64,000 bases of DNA from Saprospiraceae bacterium (GTDB lineage: Bacteria > Bacteroidota > Bacteroidia > Chitinophagales > Saprospiraceae), in the NCBI GenBank assembly GCA_965223405.1, contig CBDCWO010000006.1, forward strand, positions 2,904,364 to 2,968,363, in the 5' to 3' direction. The notes beneath the pieces were generated by a model that did not search any database, had not been told where the DNA came from, and worked only from the letters and a program-made list of their open reading frames with translations. A program made the position numbers and the translations under genes. Positions 58,858 to 64,000 of this stretch are shown in pieces. The stretch's first letter is position 1, and the number at the start of each line of letters is the position of its first letter.

Positions 58858-60201
58858 ATGAAATCAAAATCAAGTTCTTCGCGTGAATTGGACCGACGGT
58901 CATTTATCAAAACGGCTACGGTTATTACCGGTGCTATGACAGTCGACCCATTGGTAGGAATGGATAGGACGTATAATTCCAATAAATCAGTACTCAAACT
59001 GGCCTTGATTGGATGTGGTGGTCGTGGTACTGGGGCTGCTGCCCAGATACTGAATACCCCATATAATATTAAGTTGGTGGCTATGGCTGACGCATTTAAG
59101 GATCAATTGGAATCATCATACCATAATCTTTTTAAGAAATTCGGGGCCAAGAAGGTGGACGTTGCAGAAGACCAAAAATTCACTGGTTTTGATGCCTATG
59201 AAAGTGCAATCAAACTAGCTGATGTAGTAATATTAGCCACTCCTCCTGGCTTTCGACCCCTTCATTTTGAATCAGCTGTAGAAGAAGGGAAACATGTCTT
59301 TTTGGAAAAACCGGTAGCTACCGATGTGCCGGGAATAAGGAAAATCATCAAAACCGGTAAGTTGGCTAGTCAAAAGAATCTGAAGGTGATGGTGGGCCAT
59401 CAGCTGCGTTACCAAAAGAGTACGATCAATTCAATGCAAAAAATGAAAACGGGCATAATTGGTGATCTACTGGCGATGCGGAGTTATTTTAATTCTGGCG
59501 GGGTTTGGGTAAGACCGAGAAAGCCGAAATGGACGGAGATGGAATATCAAGTTAGAAACTGGTATTACTTTAATTGGTTAAGTGGAGATCATATTGTTGA
59601 ACAACATGTGCACAATCTGGATTTTATGAACTGGGTAAAAGGAGCCCATCCCGTCAAAGCTCAGGGAATGGGTGGCCGACAAGTACGGAATGGTCCTGAA
59701 CATGGGCAAATCTTTGATCACCATTTTGTTGAATTTACATATCCCGATGGTTCGATTCTATCAAGCCAATGTCGTCATATTAAAGGGTGTTGGAACTCTT
59801 GGGCTGATGCGATTATCGGTAGTAAAGGAAGCTTTTATAGCGAACCTAGCCGGCAGTATGTCGAATTTAAGAATCGGAAGGACAAACTTATTTATCAATA
59901 TGATGGGCAAGAAGATACACCGCCTCATCAATTGGAACAAAATGCATTTATTGAGAGCATTGTGACTGATACTCCACTTAATGAAGCCCATCAGGGTGCC
60001 ATTAGTTCGCTAACGGCAATTATGGGTAGGATGGCTACCTATTCCGGGAAGGAAATTACCTGGGAAGAAGCCTTGCAATCAAACATGAACCTATTGCCTG
60101 ATCATTTTAGTTGGGATGCCGATCCTCCGGTGTTACCCGATAAGAAAGGTATGTACCCGATTCCAATACCTGGTCGATCAGGTGTAATTTACAAAAGTTG
60201 A
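58858..60201 (+). CDS. Gfo/Idh/MocA-family NAD(P)-dependent oxidoreductase with a twin-arginine (Tat) signal
   Basis: 447 aa. It has RRSFIKTATVITGAM Tat motif, a Rossmann LALIGCGGRGTGAA, and a conserved EKP motif (VFLEKPVA). Confidence 0.8.
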   Translation: MKSKSSSSRELDRRSFIKTATVITGAMTVDPLVGMDRTYNSNKSVLKLALIGCGGRGTGAAAQILNTPYNIKLVAMADAFKDQLESSYHNLFKKFGAKKVDVAEDQKFTGFDAYESAIKLADVVILATPPGFRPLHFESAVEEGKHVFLEKPVATDVPGIRKIIKTGKLASQKNLKVMVGHQLRYQKSTINSMQKMKTGIIGDLLAMRSYFNSGGVWVRPRKPKWTEMEYQVRNWYYFNWLSGDHIVEQHVHNLDFMNWVKGAHPVKAQGMGGRQVRNGPEHGQIFDHHFVEFTYPDGSILSSQCRHIKGCWNSWADAIIGSKGSFYSEPSRQYVEFKNRKDKLIYQYDGQEDTPPHQLEQNAFIESIVTDTPLNEAHQGAISSLTAIMGRMATYSGKEITWEEALQSNMNLLPDHFSWDADPPVLPDKKGMYPIPIPGRSGVIYKS

Positions 60202-60296
60202 GCACACAGAAGAACTTCAGTGAATTACATGAAAGGAATAACCCAAGCGCATAAATAAATGGTGACCTGGACTTACGATACTCCAAATATGCCTAA

Positions 60297-61784
60297 TTGG
60301 ATTTGCTAAATGTGATTAGAAAACTGAATACAAATGGACCAATTGAAAAAAAATCATTGCTGGTTGTCATCACATTTTTATATGGCTGTACCATATCAAC
60401 TCAGCAAAATCCAAATAATCAAGAAGAGTCTTTAGCCATTCCGTCCGATATTCAGTATAAATGGCATGAGCAAGAACGCATAATGTTTGTGTGTCTGGAC
60501 CCATGCACTTGGCAGGGAAGGGAATTCGACAACCATTCAATTCCTTTAGAAAGAATTAATCCCCAAAAACTAGATACTGATCAATGGTGTGAAGTGGCAC
60601 AATCATGGGGAGCAAAGGAAATTCTATTTGTTGCCAAGCACACCGGTGGATTTTGTTGGTGGCAAACAGAAACCACCGATTACGGGATTAAAAATACCCC
60701 CTATAAACAGGGGAAGGGAGATGTGTTGAAAGAACTTTCGGAATCCTGTTCAAAGTATGGTTTAAACCTGGGTATCTATGTGTATCCCGGAGATGAAACC
60801 TGGGGTGCTGGAATTGGAAGTGGAGGTCAAACCAAAGATCCAACCAAGCAAGAAGCATACAACAAAATATTCAGGAAACAACTCGAGGAAACACTAGCGA
60901 ATTACGGCAAAGTGATTGAAGTTTGGTTTGATGGAAGTTGCGTAATCGATGTATCGGATATTTTAGAAAAGTATGCGAAAAATTCAGTTATTTTCCAGGG
61001 CCCACATGCTACCTTACGCTGGCCTGGAACAGAATCCGGAAAGCTGTTTTATCCGGCATGGAATACTGTAAAGAGGGAAGATTTGAAGACAGGACTTGCC
61101 ACTCAGATTCACGGCGATCCCAGTGGAGATGTTTGGGCTCCTTTGGAAACTAACACAACCCTTTACGATCATTTTTGGTTTTGGTCACCGGAGAAAGAGA
61201 ATAAAAGAAAATCCTTGGATGAATTAATGGACTGTTACTATAAGTCAATAGGCTTTGGAAGTGTGTTTTTGCTAAATTCCACACCAGATACCACTGGTTT
61301 GATACCTGATAAAGATGTCAAACTGTACCAGGCATTTGCCAAAGAAATTGATCGAAGATTTAAGAGTCCTTTATTTAAATTATCTAATGTAAAAGGAGGA
61401 GAAATCGAACTTTCACTTCCGGAAAGTTGCAAGGTAAACCATATAGTTACTATGGAGGATTATCGCAAAGGGCATAGAATCAGAAAGTACGACATCGAGG
61501 GAATGGTAGAAGGTGAATGGAAAAAACTTTGTTCGGGACAATCTATCGGGCGAAAAAAAATTGACTATTTTCCGGAGGTAACGGTTTCAAAGCTTCGAAT
61601 AAAAGTGACCCAATCGGTAAATGTGCCCTTATTTAAGAGGATTGCCACCTATTATGTTGATCATTTTAAACCACCGGTGCGGTATCCGGTTCGAGCTCAT
61701 TCGCAATGGGTTAATGTTGGAGAGTGGAGTCCTGAGGCATTTAGTCGGGGTCAGGTGAAGATGCAAATTAACCTTTCTAAATAA
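60297..61784 (+). CDS. alpha-L-fucosidase (GH29-like) with a C-terminal beta-sandwich domain
   Basis: 495 aa. It has FVAKHTGGFCWWQTE, which resembles the GH29 AKHHDGFxLW nucleophile region, and a signal/lipoprotein-like N-terminus. Confidence 0.6.
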   Translation: MDLLNVIRKLNTNGPIEKKSLLVVITFLYGCTISTQQNPNNQEESLAIPSDIQYKWHEQERIMFVCLDPCTWQGREFDNHSIPLERINPQKLDTDQWCEVAQSWGAKEILFVAKHTGGFCWWQTETTDYGIKNTPYKQGKGDVLKELSESCSKYGLNLGIYVYPGDETWGAGIGSGGQTKDPTKQEAYNKIFRKQLEETLANYGKVIEVWFDGSCVIDVSDILEKYAKNSVIFQGPHATLRWPGTESGKLFYPAWNTVKREDLKTGLATQIHGDPSGDVWAPLETNTTLYDHFWFWSPEKENKRKSLDELMDCYYKSIGFGSVFLLNSTPDTTGLIPDKDVKLYQAFAKEIDRRFKSPLFKLSNVKGGEIELSLPESCKVNHIVTMEDYRKGHRIRKYDIEGMVEGEWKKLCSGQSIGRKKIDYFPEVTVSKLRIKVTQSVNVPLFKRIATYYVDHFKPPVRYPVRAHSQWVNVGEWSPEAFSRGQVKMQINLSK

Positions 61785-62064
61785 ATACATTAATCTTCCC
61801 GGTCAATATGTGGTAACAATATCAGGCAATTGTGAATTGACAATATCCGGTGCAGAGATTTATTATGAAGGGAGTAAAGCGCTGGAGGAGTTTGTACAAA
61901 TTTCAGAAAATGAATTACGAATTAACAGAACGGCAATGGTTACAGAAGAGAGTAGTTCTGTTCTTCATGTTATGATTGAATCTAATAATCCGTGTCATGG
62001 AATTGCCAATTTCAAACCATCCATGATCTATTAGTTAGAGCTAATTCGAACCTATTCCATTCTT

Positions 62065-62769
62065 TCATTTGAGAATTTCTAAAATGGCCCGGTTTTCCAG
62101 AATTTCCTCCGTGGCTCCACTTAGTCCTATCTGAAACATTGCCGTTGCCAATTCAGTAGATTTGATGCTGGCATTTTTTCCCATCAATTTGATTACAGGA
62201 TAGAGCATGCGACTGATGCGATACATCAAATTGGGTTCCTTTCGTGGTGTGACCGGATAGATGTATCCCGGTCTAAAGCTGTAAAATTGTAGACCCAAAC
62301 CAGAAATTTGATTTTCAGCCATCCCCTTATAACGGGCAAATGACATTTTGCTTTTTTCCGTTCGGTCGGCTCCCGCTCCACTTAAAAAACACAGATGGGT
62401 GTTTGGGCTATACTTCTTCAATGCTTTGGCAAAGGCAATGGCATAGTCAACAGTGATTTGTTTGAATTTATCATCTGGAACCTGCCCGGTATATGCTCCA
62501 ATACAGAAAAAGGCCAGGTCCATATGTAGAAATGCATCTGATTGAGCAGAATAGTCCATAAAATTGTTGACCACAATCTCCTGTAGTTTTGGATGTTTGT
62601 GATCTGTGCTTTTTCGGACCAATGAGGTTACCTGGCTTATTTCAGGAGCAGAAAGACAATGGCCTAAGATTAAGTGACCAACCATACCTGAAGCACCCGC
62701 GATTATGGCATTTTTCATAGATTCCATTAAAAGATTAATAGATGAAGATGCTTCAAAAGAGATCACCAT
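62065..62769 (-). CDS. NAD(P)H-binding (NmrA/atypical SDR-like) oxidoreductase. The likely start is MKNAII at ~62715.
   Basis: It has AGASGMVGHLIL Rossmann glycine motif. Confidence 0.6.
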   Translation of the reverse strand: MVISFEASSSINLLMESMKNAIIAGASGMVGHLILGHCLSAPEISQVTSLVRKSTDHKHPKLQEIVVNNFMDYSAQSDAFLHMDLAFFCIGAYTGQVPDDKFKQITVDYAIAFAKALKKYSPNTHLCFLSGAGADRTEKSKMSFARYKGMAENQISGLGLQFYSFRPGYIYPVTPRKEPNLMYRISRMLYPVIKLMGKNASIKSTELATAMFQIGLSGATEEILENRAILEILK

Positions 62770-62847
62770 TCATCCTCAAACGCAAATTTATTTTTTCAAA
62801 TAACCCATTAGTACCTTTAAGGTAATAGCGTATTCAGCAAAGATACG

Positions 62848-63645
62848 TCACTCAAAAGTTATTGATAACAATTGAAATTTACTATAGAATCCGCAATTTT
62901 GAATGGCTTTGAGTGAACCAACATTGTTTTTCTCACAGGAACATATGGGAACTTTATTCGAATCGATTGCTATATTTTTGGCCCGATGCAACAAATAAGT
63001 TCCGACTCCTTGCCTTCGATAATCTGGAGACACGACCATCCCAATATCTGCATATTCCGGGGCAGTTTTACTCTTTCTCACTTCACATGTTCCAATAATT
63101 ACACCTTTTTTTTCTAAAAAATATATTTCTTCATGATTGATTAAGGTGCTAATATATTCTCTGAGCCATTCTTGTGATGCTCCAATGCTATAACGACAAA
63201 ATTCAACAATCCTTTCCAATTCCTTGGTTTTGCACATTTTGAACGTTCCGGTTTTGGAATTAACATTTATTTCGTAGTTACCTCGAAACAAATAGGTATG
63301 GATATCTATATTAGAAGCAAAGTATAGTGCAAAGGATAGATAAATTGGATTGTTTGAACCTACAATCCCATTTTTTATATTGAACTCCTTGATAAATTGA
63401 TTAAATATTCCCATTCCATTTCTCATATATTCTGGAATCAAAAAAAATTGCAATAGTTGTTCTTCTCCAATACAAGCATACCCAATCACTTCCTTACGGT
63501 TATATATTTTAAATTTATTGGCATTATCCCTAAAGGATTCCCACATGCCGTCCTGAGGGCTGGTCAGACTTTCGAGCCATTTCTTGTGAAGACCTTTCAG
63601 TTCATGAGTGCTCGATATTGGACTAAAGGCAAAATTCTGTTGCAT
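62848..63645 (-). CDS. GNAT-family N-acetyltransferase-like protein
   Basis: 265 aa. The C-terminal half has the GNAT motif A pattern (VSPDYRRQGVGTYLL). Confidence 0.5.
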   Translation of the reverse strand: MQQNFAFSPISSTHELKGLHKKWLESLTSPQDGMWESFRDNANKFKIYNRKEVIGYACIGEEQLLQFFLIPEYMRNGMGIFNQFIKEFNIKNGIVGSNNPIYLSFALYFASNIDIHTYLFRGNYEINVNSKTGTFKMCKTKELERIVEFCRYSIGASQEWLREYISTLINHEEIYFLEKKGVIIGTCEVRKSKTAPEYADIGMVVSPDYRRQGVGTYLLHRAKNIAIDSNKVPICSCEKNNVGSLKAIQNCGFYSKFQLLSITFE

Positions 63646-64000
63646 GCGCTACCAATTTTCAATTTCTGAAATAATTAATTGGAATGTTCCACTTTAGCAA
63701 TTCTGTAAATCGGCCCCATTCAAACAATTCTTTTTCCAATTTTATAACAAGGCCACTTTATGCATATGCCAAATCTCCATTTGGGTATTTGGTTTTCTTT
63801 TATAGATTTCTTCGGCTTTAATATAATTTTGTTCGTCTTTTTCAAATAAACCTTGTTCAGTTTGCAAACCCGCTCTATGTCGGATCGAATGTGCAATCTT
63901 ATCCGAGTTTTTAGCTTTGGTGTCATACACTATGGACTCATAGTTGAAGTCTAGGGAATTTAGAATGTAATCATTGTCATGTTCTTATGGTATACGAATA

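Noticed and set aside
61810-62034. 74-aa ORF after the fucosidase gene
   Set aside because: Short and with no motif. It could be real, but there is no evidence beyond being open.

Overview
This is an AT-rich window from a Bacteroidetes-type chromosome. The evidence for that lineage is a T9SS C-terminal sorting domain protein, a Bacteroidetes-style sdhCAB operon, GldA-like ABC-2 modules and IS982-family insertion sequences. Annotatable content runs as follows. A sulfated-glycan degradation block sits at 246-5564 (heparinase II/III, esterase, formylglycine-type sulfatase). Next come an HD hydrolase, two tandem 276-bp repeat units bounded by terminal inverted repeats, and an IS982-like element inserted into them with an intact target-site duplication. 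RNase R and sdhCAB follow, then a T9SS cargo protein. Several accessory genes follow, including an astacin protease with two ricin-B lectin domains and an Omp28-like protein with an IPTL-CTERM-like tail. Two identical IS982-family copies sit in direct orientation at ~28986-29941 and ~55712-56668, bracketing about 25.8 kb. That segment holds a tRNA cluster (tRNA-Asp, tRNA-Gln and odd tRNA-like fragments), an SPFH protein, a MarR regulator, rsmI, scpA and a 16.6-kb minus-strand efflux operon. The most unusual feature is inside that operon: an AcrB-type RND pump continuous in one 1563-aa ORF with about six extra transmembrane helices and an intact ABC ATPase domain (38421-43112). Its neighbours are a second conventional RND pump, a periplasmic adaptor, a TolC-like outer membrane factor, a paralogous free-standing ABC ATPase, an ABC-2 permease with a very large extracytoplasmic domain, a TonB-C-like protein and a divergent membrane-anchored OmpR-type regulator. 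A repeat-rich leader with a tiny MTMTMTMEIVNT uORF abuts the start of the fused gene. A fucose-type catabolic cluster (enolase superfamily, Gfo/Idh/MocA, GH29 fucosidase) lies at the right end. No CRISPR array or rRNA gene was seen.
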